Below the pieces are notes generated by a model, which saw only the letters and a list, made by a program, of their open reading frames with translations, did not search any database and was not told where the DNA came from. Of a DNA stretch of 28,550 nucleotides, positions 1 to 8,348 are shown in pieces; the stretch's first letter is position 1; each line of letters opens with the position of its first letter. The DNA is from a virus (lineage: Duplodnaviria; Caudoviricetes). Both the position numbers and the translations under genes were made by a program. The DNA is taken from positions 1 to 28,550 of IMG/VR virus record IMGVR_UViG_3300049182_000174. One strand, given 5' to 3'.

Positions 1-1593
1 TCCCCCCCTCCCCCTGGAAGGGAAGGGGCGGCGGTATCCAGCGCGGAGCAAGCTCCGCGAGGGGAGGAAGTAAGATCGGCGGGGGTAGAGACCCCCGATA
101 TGGAGGTTGCAGCCGGAGAGGGCGCGGACTTCGATGCCGCCGTGGCGTCGGTTATCGCGCAGGACGTGGAGGAAGCCTTGCCGCCTGCTGCTACTGACGT
201 CCTGGAGTACGGCGAAAGCGCTCCGCTTTTCCCTGGGGGGGAGGGGGAGGCGCGCAAGCGCAAAGAGAAACCGAAAAAGGAATACGGCGACGAGCATTGG
301 CGCCAAGTCGAAGATGTCTGCGAAAACTTCGTCCTGATCTATGGTGAGGACTTGGTGTGGGACCGGCGCCAGCGCATGCTCATGAAGCTCTCTGCAATGC
401 GCACAATCGTCCAGAACTCAGATGTTATGAAGTTCTGGAGCGGCGCGGCGCGTAGCTGGGTTCTGAAGAAGAACATCGTCTTCGATCCAACGGAAACGCC
501 CAGCCCAGCCGAAAGCGGGCCTACTGCGACGCTCAATCTGTTCAGCGGATGGAAGATGAAGCCGAAGCAGGGTAACTGCCTCAAGATTCAAACGCTGCTC
601 ATGCACCTGGTCGACGGCAACGAAGAGTTGTACGACTGGATTGCGCGTTGGCTGGCGTACCCTTTGCGCAATCCTGGCGCCAAGATGGAAACCTCGATCA
701 TCATGCATGGCGACGAGGGCTCTGGTAAGAACTTCTTCTTCGAGAAGGTCGTCAAGGCCATCTATGGCGAGTACGGGTATGTGATCGGCAACGCGCAGCT
801 GGAGGCGAACTTCAACGATTGGGCCAGCATGAAGTTGTTCATGGTGGCCGATGAGGTGGTGACGCGCGCCGAGCTGAAGCAGATGAAGGGCAAGCTGAAG
901 TACCTGATCTCGGGTGACTCGATCATCATCAACCCGAAGGGGCTGCCAGAACATAGCGAGCGCAACCAGATGAACTTCGTGTTCCTCTCGAACGAGCTGG
1001 TTCCGCTGGCCTTGGACAAAACTGACCGCCGTTACCTGGTGATCTGGACGCCGCCAGCGCTTGACCGCGAGTTCTACGTCAGCGTGGCCGAGGAGATCGC
1101 AGCTGGTGGCATCGAGGCGTTCTACTACTACCTGATGCATGAGCTGGACATGGGCGACTTCAATGAGCATACGAAGCCGATCTATAACGACGCGAAAGAC
1201 CGTCTGATCGAGAAGAGCCTGGCTCCGGCAGAACGCTTCTATCGCGAGTGGGCGAACGGCTTGCTCCCGCTGCCGTTCCATACCGTAGGCGTGCAGCAGC
1301 TATACGACGCGTTCCAGGTCTGGTGTTCGCGTTCGGGCGAATCGAAGTTCACCACGATGACTACATTCAGCCCGCAGGTTGAGCGCTATGCCGGCACGAC
1401 TCTGCGCAAACTGCCGATCAAGTATGGGTACGGCAGCGTGGTGAAGCAGCGCATCGTGTTCCTGATTGGCGAGCAGCCGGACGGCAAGAGCTTGCGCGAC
1501 TGGGCAGAGGACGCCTGCGCAGCATTCGAATCGGCGTTCCAGAAGTACCGGCGTCGCGATGTCGGCGATATGGAGGGTATACCGTCCACATAG
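1..1593 (+). CDS. Phage primase-associated P-loop helicase (DUF5906/D5-like C-terminal domain), 5'-truncated by the window
   Basis: Walker A GDEGSGKN, Walker B VADE and a later motif FVFLSN...DRRY. The frame is open from base 1 (SPPPPGREGAA...), so ATG at 100 is probably internal. Confidence 0.85.
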   Translation, partial: SPPPPGREGAAVSSAEQAPRGEEVRSAGVETPDMEVAAGEGADFDAAVASVIAQDVEEALPPAATDVLEYGESAPLFPGGEGEARKRKEKPKKEYGDEHWRQVEDVCENFVLIYGEDLVWDRRQRMLMKLSAMRTIVQNSDVMKFWSGAARSWVLKKNIVFDPTETPSPAESGPTATLNLFSGWKMKPKQGNCLKIQTLLMHLVDGNEELYDWIARWLAYPLRNPGAKMETSIIMHGDEGSGKNFFFEKVVKAIYGEYGYVIGNAQLEANFNDWASMKLFMVADEVVTRAELKQMKGKLKYLISGDSIIINPKGLPEHSERNQMNFVFLSNELVPLALDKTDRRYLVIWTPPALDREFYVSVAEEIAAGGIEAFYYYLMHELDMGDFNEHTKPIYNDAKDRLIEKSLAPAERFYREWANGLLPLPFHTVGVQQLYDAFQVWCSRSGESKFTTMTTFSPQVERYAGTTLRKLPIKYGYGSVVKQRIVFLIGEQPDGKSLRDWAEDACAAFESAFQKYRRRDVGDMEGIPST

Positions 1594-1829
1594 GCAACAA
1601 CCGTCCACATCGCAAACCCGCATAGATACTAGGTTTGTGGGGGGTGTTGACAGTATTGGTGGTTTATTTGAGGTCCACGCGCGCACGAAGGGCGCTAGAA
1701 ATAGCATGAGATTGGCGGAATTTTTTTGAGTGATTTGATTTTTACTGTCAATACTGTCAATACAGTCAACAAAGCTAGGAAATTCAAGGGCTGGCGATGT
1801 GGGGGGTAGTGTTGACGGTGTTGGCGGTG
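1581..1829. repeat. Two convergent arrays of 9-bp repeats (candidate replication origin/iterons)
   Basis: Left arms: ACCGTCCAC at 1581 and 1600; TACTGTCAA twice plus TACAGTCAA at 1743-1769. Inverted copies: GTTGACAGT (1646), GTTGACGGT (1811), GTTGGCGGT (1820). Confidence 0.6.
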
Positions 1830-1862
1830 GGCGAAAAACGGGCAAATAGCGAAAGGTATCGA

Positions 1863-2417
1863 ATGGGCGTCGAAATTGAAGTGGATGGAGTGGTGTTTGT
1901 TGAAGAAGTACGGCACGCTGAGCCGGTGGTGCCACGGCGCTCGTTATGCGCAAACGCTGGGGCGTCAGTTGATCGCCGCGCGCTTCAGGCGCGACTGGCG
2001 AACTGGCGCAAGGTTGTGATGGGGCCAACAGGCGGTTCAGCGCAATACTGCGCCGGCTGGGCAAAGCTGTACGTGAGCCTTCGTACCGATGAGGCGCCGC
2101 CGGCAGAGGAAGTACTAAGCGAGAAGATCAAACCACTCAGCCCGCTGGTGTCGGCGGATGAACTGGACGGATGGTTGGTAGAGGCCGCGTGGCGTTCCTT
2201 GGGCGACTATAACGAGCGCCAAGCACTGAAGGCGCTTTACATCTACCGCTGGCCAGCGGATCAAATCAGGCGCTTTCTATGCGGTGTTCGTGGGCGCCAT
2301 GTTCCGTTGGTTATCGCGAAGGCGGAGCGAAGTTTGGAAGGAGTGCTGGCTTTGCTGGGAAGCGCCGATTCGATCCGCTGCGCCCATGTGTCAGGAAGTG
2401 CCAACAGGTTCCAATAA
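1863..2417 (+). CDS. Putative late-gene regulator (Q-like antiterminator)
   Basis: ATG 1863 follows AAAGG. Pattern RLANW...DGWLVEAAWRSL...ALKALYIYRW...IRRFL suggests a C-terminal HTH. Lies directly upstream of a promoter-leader-terminator unit and the late operon. Confidence 0.6.
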   Translation: MGVEIEVDGVVFVEEVRHAEPVVPRRSLCANAGASVDRRALQARLANWRKVVMGPTGGSAQYCAGWAKLYVSLRTDEAPPAEEVLSEKIKPLSPLVSADELDGWLVEAAWRSLGDYNERQALKALYIYRWPADQIRRFLCGVRGRHVPLVIAKAERSLEGVLALLGSADSIRCAHVSGSANRFQ

Positions 2418-2421
2418 GTAT

Positions 2422-2461
2422 CCTAAGGGGCTTGAAAACTTCCTTAGGTTGCCATTACTAT
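2422..2461 (+). promoter_or_regulatory. Candidate sigma70 late promoter (pR'-like) overlapped by an inverted repeat
   Basis: TTGAAA (2432-2437), 18-bp spacer, TACTAT (2456-2461). CCTAAGG (2422-2428) and CCTTAGG (2442-2448) flank the -35. Confidence 0.55.
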
Positions 2462-2470
2462 TCGCCTACA

Positions 2471-2553
2471 ACTTGTCCGCCGGTATAACCGTGCCTTCAG
2501 CCGAATAGGCGTCTCCCGTGTGGAGGCGCGCGTTCGTCTGAAGTGAGACAGGT
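2471..2553 (+). ncRNA. Candidate structured leader RNA of the late transcript
   Basis: Nested complementarity: 2471-77/2547-53, 2481-84/2488-91, 2495-2500/2538-43, 2502-05/2533-36, 2509-16/2522-29. Confidence 0.45.
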
Positions 2554-2557
2554 AGCC

Positions 2558-2588
2558 AAGGCCCGCCACTGTGCGGGCTTTTTCATTT
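2558..2588 (+). terminator. Intrinsic terminator (tR'-like)
   Basis: AAGGCCCGC-CACTGT-GCGGGC followed by TTTTTCATTT. Confidence 0.85.
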
Positions 2589-2630
2589 GCGGATTGCTAT
2601 ATCCGGGTGCATCGAGCGGTTCTAACAAGC

Positions 2631-2646
2631 GTGCAGACGTCTGCAC
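2631..2646. repeat. Perfect 16-bp palindrome GTGCAGACGTCTGCAC, copy 1 of 3
   Basis: Exact match to 9726-9741 and 24942-24957; abuts the HNH ribosome-binding site. Confidence 0.95.
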
Positions 2647-2657
2647 ATGGAGTCTAT

Positions 2658-3023
2658 ATGCCCGTCTCTGCTCCACGGCCATGCAGCGCGTCTGGTTGTT
2701 CCACCCTGGTGCGCGACGGGAGTGGGCGTTGTGCCGCCCACCCGCGTGCTGCGTGGACGAAGGCGACGCCGACTAAGCGAATCACTGGCCGCAAGTTGCA
2801 GGCTATGCGCGCTGCATTGTTCCAGCGTTGTCCGCTGTGTGAAGAGTGCAAGCGACAAGGCCGCGTGACCGCTGCCACGCAGCGCGACCACATCGTGCCT
2901 CTCGCTGAAGGTGGTGCAGATGATGAGACCAACGAGCAGGCGTTGTGCGATGACTGCCACAAAGTGAAGAGTCTGGCAGAGTCGGGGCGCGGCCGATGGA
3001 TGAAGTGTGAGCCACGCAAGTAA
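2658..3023 (+). CDS. HNH endonuclease (HK97 gp74-like terminase cofactor)
   Basis: CPLCEEC...DHIVPLAEGGADDETNEQALCDDCH motif, GGAG RBS, upstream of terS. Confidence 0.92.
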   Translation: MPVSAPRPCSASGCSTLVRDGSGRCAAHPRAAWTKATPTKRITGRKLQAMRAALFQRCPLCEECKRQGRVTAATQRDHIVPLAEGGADDETNEQALCDDCHKVKSLAESGRGRWMKCEPRK

Positions 3024-3028
3024 GCGCT

Positions 3029-3673
3029 TTAGTGGTCGGCTTTTTGGATGCCGTGTTCAGCGATAAAGCTAAAGAGACCGGTAGCCTGGATCGCTTGACG
3101 ACTGACGGCAAGCTGAAGCTTTCGCACTTCTGTCCGTTCGTACTCTAAGTGCATGCAGGCAAGGATCTCTAGTGCGGTTAGCCAGAGCGCTTGCTTCGTA
3201 TCCAATTCGACGAATTGAGATTTAGATACCTTAACCGTCTCTGTGAGCGGAAGATGGTCGTAAAGGCCGTGACCGAAATCTGTAACGATGTTCTTTCGTT
3301 GGTTGGAGTCTGCCTTCGCGAAATATTCTTTGAAGTTAAACGTAACATTCTGGATGCCGTGTGCGAGGTCATTACGTAGCTCCGCAAGTCTTTGCAAGCA
3401 CTTAGCCTGTTTCGGGCTGATGATATCCAATTTCGTCAAAAGCTTGATTTTGCCGCAATCTTTCCGGGCAAAGTCCAAGAGGGAGAGCGTATCCAGGAGC
3501 TCAGGTGTGTCTAATCGAGCGACCAAAGCATGCGTCGCCGCTGCTTCGAATAACGCGTTTAACTTGATCACAAAGCTCCAGTCGTCCTCCGCAAGTAGAG
3601 CATTGTAAAAGCCTTCAGGAAGTCCGATTTTTTTCTCGAACTCTGCCAGTTCTGCAAAGATGTTTTCGGCCAT
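3029..3673 (-). CDS. Moron: MtlR-like/HEPN-fold protein with RxxxxH motif (candidate RNase or defence protein)
   Basis: 214 aa from MAENIF. DDWSFVIKLNALFE...KIKLLTKLDIIS...LAELRNDLAHG resembles the MtlR/HEPN layout. Lower GC (27/60 by hand count at 3181-3240); antisense to the late genes. Confidence 0.7.
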   Translation of the reverse strand: MAENIFAELAEFEKKIGLPEGFYNALLAEDDWSFVIKLNALFEAAATHALVARLDTPELLDTLSLLDFARKDCGKIKLLTKLDIISPKQAKCLQRLAELRNDLAHGIQNVTFNFKEYFAKADSNQRKNIVTDFGHGLYDHLPLTETVKVSKSQFVELDTKQALWLTALEILACMHLEYERTEVRKLQLAVSRQAIQATGLFSFIAEHGIQKADH

Positions 3674-3740
3674 GGGATCTTCGGTTTTATAGAGATGTGC
3701 CGGCAATTTTAACCTTGAACTCTTCGGATCTTTGAACTTC

Positions 3741-3840
3741 GGGGGGGGAGGGCGGGTCAAAAGTCCAAGTGCGATCAGCGGAAACCGTCAGCTTAGGCGC
3801 ATTTTTCCGCGGAGAGAAAACTACCCCCCCGGGGTTTGAT
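3741..3840. other. Probable cos/packaging-initiation region
   Basis: G-rich GGGGGGGGAGGGCGGGTCAAAAGT, then GGAAACCG and TTTTTCCGCGGAGAGAAAA, between HNH and terS where HK97-like phages carry cos. Exact cut site not determinable. Confidence 0.55.
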
Positions 3841-3915
3841 CAGCTTGCCTGGAGCTGCCTCGTAGATGCTGGCTTTCAGGTCGGCCAACGATAAGCAGCC
3901 ATGCCCGTGCCCATT

Positions 3916-4143
3916 TCAGCGACGTTCCCCGCCCGACTTTCGTCGGTGACGAAACGAATCGCTCGATTGCGACGCTGTAGCGAAAGCGCGCATAGCTGTT
4001 CCTGGAATAGGACCCTGAATCGAAGTAGACCATGCCGTGAGGGTAGCGAGTTCATCGTACTGGTCTTTGATCAAAATCAAACATCGGGCAGCTTCTAAAT
4101 GGCCAGCCGCCTCCTCATCGGCGTCCCTCACCTCTACATACAT
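3916..4143 (-). CDS. Small hypothetical protein (75 aa) or gene remnant
   Basis: ATG start with GAGG upstream on the minus strand; fills the gap between the cos-like region and terS. No family recognised. Confidence 0.3.
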   Translation of the reverse strand: MYVEVRDADEEAAGHLEAARCLILIKDQYDELATLTAWSTSIQGPIPGTAMRAFATASQSSDSFRHRRKSGGERR

Positions 4144-4175
4144 CAGTCGCCGCCTCAGGCGGCCCGGTATCGAAT

Positions 4176-4658
4176 ATGGATCTCAAAAATCAGTTTGAAA
4201 CTACGCTGCCGGCGGTCGGCGGCGCGGCCATTATCAACGCTGGGCCAGTCACATCGCCTGATCCGCCGCCGGCGATCGGGCTGAGCGAGCAGGAGCGGCA
4301 GGTGTATGACTACATTTGCGAGTCGCTGCGCGCCGCTGGAATTGAGCACTTGACGGCCGGGATGCCCATTGCCGTGATCGTGCGCACCTTTATCGACTGG
4401 ATGCGGGCGCGCGAGCAGTGCGAGGCGAACGGTCGCGTGCAAATTTCAAAGACTGGTTGGGCCACGCCGACGCCATGGGCCGACGACGAGAAGCGTCTTA
4501 AGATGGAGCTGGGCCAATGGCTGCCGAAAGCATGTTTAACGATTCCTTCACTGGCAAGGGTCCGCAAGGACACGGGCGTGCAAGGGCAGCAGGACGACCT
4601 GTTCGCAAGCCTCGTAAGCCACGCTACCAGCTCACCAGGAAGAGGCTCGATGAGCTGA
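4176..4658 (+). CDS. terS: Terminase small subunit (P27-like)
   Basis: PDPPP..LS..ER N-terminal pattern, KTGW...PW, C-terminal LTIPSLARV; immediately before terL. Confidence 0.85.
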   Translation: MDLKNQFETTLPAVGGAAIINAGPVTSPDPPPAIGLSEQERQVYDYICESLRAAGIEHLTAGMPIAVIVRTFIDWMRAREQCEANGRVQISKTGWATPTPWADDEKRLKMELGQWLPKACLTIPSLARVRKDTGVQGQQDDLFASLVSHATSSPGRGSMS

Positions 4659-6370
4659 TACCGCCCCAGCTGGAGGAATGGGACCAACAGTATGGTCTGC
4701 CGGTGCTGCGTGGCGAGATTGTCACCGGCAAGTATGTCTACCTGGCAGTGCTGCGGCACTACCAGGATCTGCGGGATGCGTACAAGCGCGGCTTTGTGTT
4801 CGTGCCGGCCTACGGCTGGCACATCATCCACTACATCGAGCGGTTCTTCGTCCACATCAAGGGACCGCTGGCCGGCAAGCCTATCTTGCTCGACCCCTGG
4901 CAGAAGTTTTGGACAGCGGTGCTGTACGGCTGGCGGCGCCAGTCCGATGGCATGCGCCGATTCAGCCGCGCCTATGAAGAGGTGGCACGTAAGAACGGCA
5001 AGTCAACCTGGAAAGGGCCGCAGGGCGCCTACCTCTTTTCGATGGATGGCGAGACCGGCGCCGAGGTGTACGCGGTAGCGACAACGCGCAACCAGGCGAT
5101 GACGGTCTTCAAGCCGGCGTTTGACAATATCCGACGCTGGGTGAAAAGGTCAGCCGGGGTGGCGCGCTCGTTCAAGATCTTCGCCGGCATGAATCATGAG
5201 AAGGTCGAGTTGGACGACAATTCGGTGTTTCTGCCGCTTCCAGCGAACGCGGAGAACCTGGACGGCCTGAACCCGTCCGCCATCCTGTTCGACGAACTGC
5301 ACGCACAGAAGCATCGCGATGTCTGGGATGTCATGGAGTCCGCGCTGGGCGCGCGGGACCAGCCACTGCTCTCCGCCATCACGACGGCGGGCTTTATCTT
5401 GGACGGCATCTGTACCGAGCAGCGGGCTTACCTGATCTCGGTTCTGGAAGGCAAGCGCGTTGACGATACGTACTTTGGCTATATCTACACGCTCGACCTG
5501 GACGATGACCCTTTCGATGAGCGCAACTGGATCAAGGCCAATCCTGGCTTGGGTAGGTCCAAGACGGTTGAGTATTTGCGCACGCAGGCGCGCAAAGCTG
5601 CTGCGATGCCCGGCGCCATGGTCAACTTCCTGACAAAGGACTTGAACATCTGGTGCAACAGCGCCGACGGATGGTTCGACATGAACGTGTGGGACGCTGG
5701 AGGTAAGAAGCTCGATCCTCGTGTGTTGCTGGGCCGCCGCTGCTTCGGCGGTCTAGACCTTGGTTCGACGCGCGACCTGACGGCTTTCTCCTTGGTCTTT
5801 CCGCCGGACGAGGAGGGCGGGGAATGGTACGTCCTTGTGTGGTTCTGGTGTCCGGAGGAGAAGATCGCCGCCCAATCGGCCGACGATGCGGCCCCCTACG
5901 AGGCGTGGCGCCGCGCAGGCTGGCTTACGGCGACAGAGGGCAACGTGACCGACTACGGCCCGGTACGTGAGCGCATCCTGCAGGCGGTGCGTGACTACGA
6001 CATCGCCGAGATTGGCTTTGATCGCTGGAACGCTTTGCAGCTCGCCAATGAACTGCTCGATGCCGGCGTGCCCCTGGTCGAAGTTCCGCAGAACACGGGC
6101 GGGATGTACCCAGGCAGCAAAGCGCTTGAGCAGCTGGTGTACGGCAAGCGGCTCCGCCATGGGGGGAATCCAGTATTGCGCTGGTGTGCCGGCAATACCG
6201 CGTTGCTGTTCGATTCGAATGGCAACTTCAGGCCCGACAAAAAGAAGTCGAACGCCAATGGGCGCATCGATGGCGTCGTGGCCACAGTGATGGCTTTAAG
6301 TCGCGCATTCGCTGGCGAAGAGCTGCAGGGCGATATGGACGACTTCCTCAACTCACCGATACGGACATGA
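4517..6370 (+). CDS. terL: Terminase large subunit (start uncertain: ATG 4517/4532 or CTG 4655)
   Basis: LDPWQ, Walker A VARKNGKST, Walker B FDELH, ITTAG, nuclease GLDLGSTRDLTA and C-terminal RIDGVVA. Confidence 0.97.
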   Translation: MAAESMFNDSFTGKGPQGHGRARAAGRPVRKPRKPRYQLTRKRLDELIPPQLEEWDQQYGLPVLRGEIVTGKYVYLAVLRHYQDLRDAYKRGFVFVPAYGWHIIHYIERFFVHIKGPLAGKPILLDPWQKFWTAVLYGWRRQSDGMRRFSRAYEEVARKNGKSTWKGPQGAYLFSMDGETGAEVYAVATTRNQAMTVFKPAFDNIRRWVKRSAGVARSFKIFAGMNHEKVELDDNSVFLPLPANAENLDGLNPSAILFDELHAQKHRDVWDVMESALGARDQPLLSAITTAGFILDGICTEQRAYLISVLEGKRVDDTYFGYIYTLDLDDDPFDERNWIKANPGLGRSKTVEYLRTQARKAAAMPGAMVNFLTKDLNIWCNSADGWFDMNVWDAGGKKLDPRVLLGRRCFGGLDLGSTRDLTAFSLVFPPDEEGGEWYVLVWFWCPEEKIAAQSADDAAPYEAWRRAGWLTATEGNVTDYGPVRERILQAVRDYDIAEIGFDRWNALQLANELLDAGVPLVEVPQNTGGMYPGSKALEQLVYGKRLRHGGNPVLRWCAGNTALLFDSNGNFRPDKKKSNANGRIDGVVATVMALSRAFAGEELQGDMDDFLNSPIRT

Positions 6371-7605
6371 ATATTTTGAAATCGTTTCGCTCCATCTGGG
6401 GGCGCGGCGGCGCGCTGGCCGACAAGATCGGCGTACAGGACGCGCTGCCAGGCAGTGCCCTGGTGCCAGACGCATCGCATGTCAACGTCGATGGGGCGCT
6501 GCAGGTCAGCACCGTCTGGGCTTGCGTTGATCGCCGAGCGTCGACCGTGGCGAGCCTACCCTGCTTCGTGTACCGCCAGCAGACGAATGGCGAGAAAGTG
6601 CTGGCCCGTACGGAACGCCTGTACCAGCTGCTGCACGACTCGCCGAACACCCGCATGACGCCTTATGAGTTCTGGCGGGCGTTGATGATGAACCACGATT
6701 TGCGCGGCAATGGCTATGCCAGGATCGACCGGGATAGCAACGGCGAGGCACTGGCTTTGTGGCCGATGCCGGCTGACCAGGTTGAACAGAAGATCCTCTC
6801 GGACGGTTCGGTGATCTATGAATATACGCTCGGCGCCAACGTGGCGGTCCTTGCCGCTGAAAACGTCCTGCACCTGAAGAACTTGGGGAACGGGACTATC
6901 GGCCTGCGCAAGCTGGAATTCATGCGGCCAACGTTGGACGAGGCGGCCAAGGCGCAGAACGATGCCAGCAAGATCTTCGGTTCCGGCGGCAAGCCGACCG
7001 GTGTGCTGATGATCGATAAGGTGTTGAACGATGTCCAGCGCGCCGCGGTGCGACGCAACTTCGAGGGCATGGCTGAAGGGACGGTAAATCGCCTTCACCT
7101 GCTCGAAGCGAACATGAAATACCAGCAGATCACCATGTCGCCTGCCGAGCAGCAGTTGCTGGAGACGCGGCGTTATGGCGTTGAGGAGCTTTGCCGGTGG
7201 TTCGATGTTCCTCCGGTGCTCGTTCACCATGCGAATGTCACCGCATGGGGATCGGGCATCGCGGAGATTCGTGAGGGATGGTACATCTTCAGCCTGGCGC
7301 CGTTGATGGTCAGCCTTGCCCAGGCAATCCGGCGCTGCGTTCTGACCCCGCGCCAGCGTGCGGCACTGAGCGTTGAGTTCTCGCTCGACGCGCTGCTGCG
7401 GGCATCCCCTAAGGATCGGGCGGAAATCAACGCCAAGAACGTCCAGAACGGAATCCTGACCCGTGCCGAGGTGCGCCAGTTCGAAGGGTGGCCATACCGC
7501 CCCGAGGCCGATGTGCTGACGGCACAGTCGAACCTTGTCCCGCTCTCCATGCTCGGGCGGGTGCGGCCCGCGAGCGGCGGGAATGGCGACAACATTGCAC
7601 AGTAA
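6367..7605 (+). CDS. Portal protein, HK97 family
   Basis: ATGA overlap with the terL stop; ALQVSTVWACV, LLHDSPNTRMT..EFW, LRGNGYA, FDVPP, NGILTRAEVR. Confidence 0.96.
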   Translation: MNILKSFRSIWGRGGALADKIGVQDALPGSALVPDASHVNVDGALQVSTVWACVDRRASTVASLPCFVYRQQTNGEKVLARTERLYQLLHDSPNTRMTPYEFWRALMMNHDLRGNGYARIDRDSNGEALALWPMPADQVEQKILSDGSVIYEYTLGANVAVLAAENVLHLKNLGNGTIGLRKLEFMRPTLDEAAKAQNDASKIFGSGGKPTGVLMIDKVLNDVQRAAVRRNFEGMAEGTVNRLHLLEANMKYQQITMSPAEQQLLETRRYGVEELCRWFDVPPVLVHHANVTAWGSGIAEIREGWYIFSLAPLMVSLAQAIRRCVLTPRQRAALSVEFSLDALLRASPKDRAEINAKNVQNGILTRAEVRQFEGWPYRPEADVLTAQSNLVPLSMLGRVRPASGGNGDNIAQ

Positions 7606-7614
7606 GGAGAACAA

Positions 7615-8289
7615 ATGCTGTTTCGGAAAATGCTCAACCTGGATCTGGTTGACCTGAAGATGGAAGGGGAGAGCTGGAAGTTTGCCGGCTACGCCTCGGT
7701 GTTCGGTGGCGTTGACAGCTACGGCGATACGATTGTGAAAGGCGCCTTTGCGTCAACGTTGCGCGCCATAAAGCCGAAGATGTTCTTCAACCATGAATGG
7801 CGGATGCCAATCGGGAAATTCACTCTGTTGAAGGAGGACGACTACGGTCTGTTCGCCGAGGGCGAGTTGACGCAGGGCCTATCCCTTGCATCGGACGTGC
7901 GCGCAGCGATGAAACACGGGACGCTCGATGGGCTCTCCATCGGCGGCTACGTGAACAAAGGCGACTACGACGAAACCGAAACTGGTCGCGTTATCCGGAA
8001 ATGGTCGCGCCTGATGGAAATTTCCCCGGTCGTATTTCCTGCGGACGGCGCAGCGAGGATTAACTTCGATTCGGTTAAAAGCGAAGATTTCGACCTGGCG
8101 CTCGCTGAGTGCAATACGGAGCGTGATTTTGAACGGCTGCTGCGGGATGCAGGGCTGAGCAAGAAGGGGGCAGTGGCGGTCGCCTCCCGTGCACGACAGA
8201 TCTACACCGGGCGGGATGCCTCGGTGCCAGGTCTCGATGCAAAGACCGCTGGTGTGGTGCTTGAGCGTCTCCAGCGCTTGGCGCAATAG
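7615..8289 (+). CDS. Prohead protease, HK97 family
   Basis: FAGYASVFGGVDSYGD, MFFNH...PIG, GLSIGG, LMEISPVVFPA; AAGGAG RBS. Confidence 0.96.
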   Translation: MLFRKMLNLDLVDLKMEGESWKFAGYASVFGGVDSYGDTIVKGAFASTLRAIKPKMFFNHEWRMPIGKFTLLKEDDYGLFAEGELTQGLSLASDVRAAMKHGTLDGLSIGGYVNKGDYDETETGRVIRKWSRLMEISPVVFPADGAARINFDSVKSEDFDLALAECNTERDFERLLRDAGLSKKGAVAVASRARQIYTGRDASVPGLDAKTAGVVLERLQRLAQ

Positions 8290-8309
8290 CTGTTCAACAA
8301 TTCCTCTCG

Positions 8310-8334
8310 GCCGCCTTCGGGTGGTTTTTTATTT
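8310..8334 (+). terminator. Terminator-like hairpin between protease and capsid genes
   Basis: GCCGCC-TTCG-GGTGGT followed by TTTTTATTT. Confidence 0.7.
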
Positions 8335-8348
8335 CTTGAAAGGCAAAT

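Noticed and set aside
2471-2553. Leader RNA as tRNA or hammerhead ribozyme
   Set aside because: No T-loop/anticodon cloverleaf or CCA end; CTGAAGT does not match the CUGANGA core and there is no properly placed GAAA.
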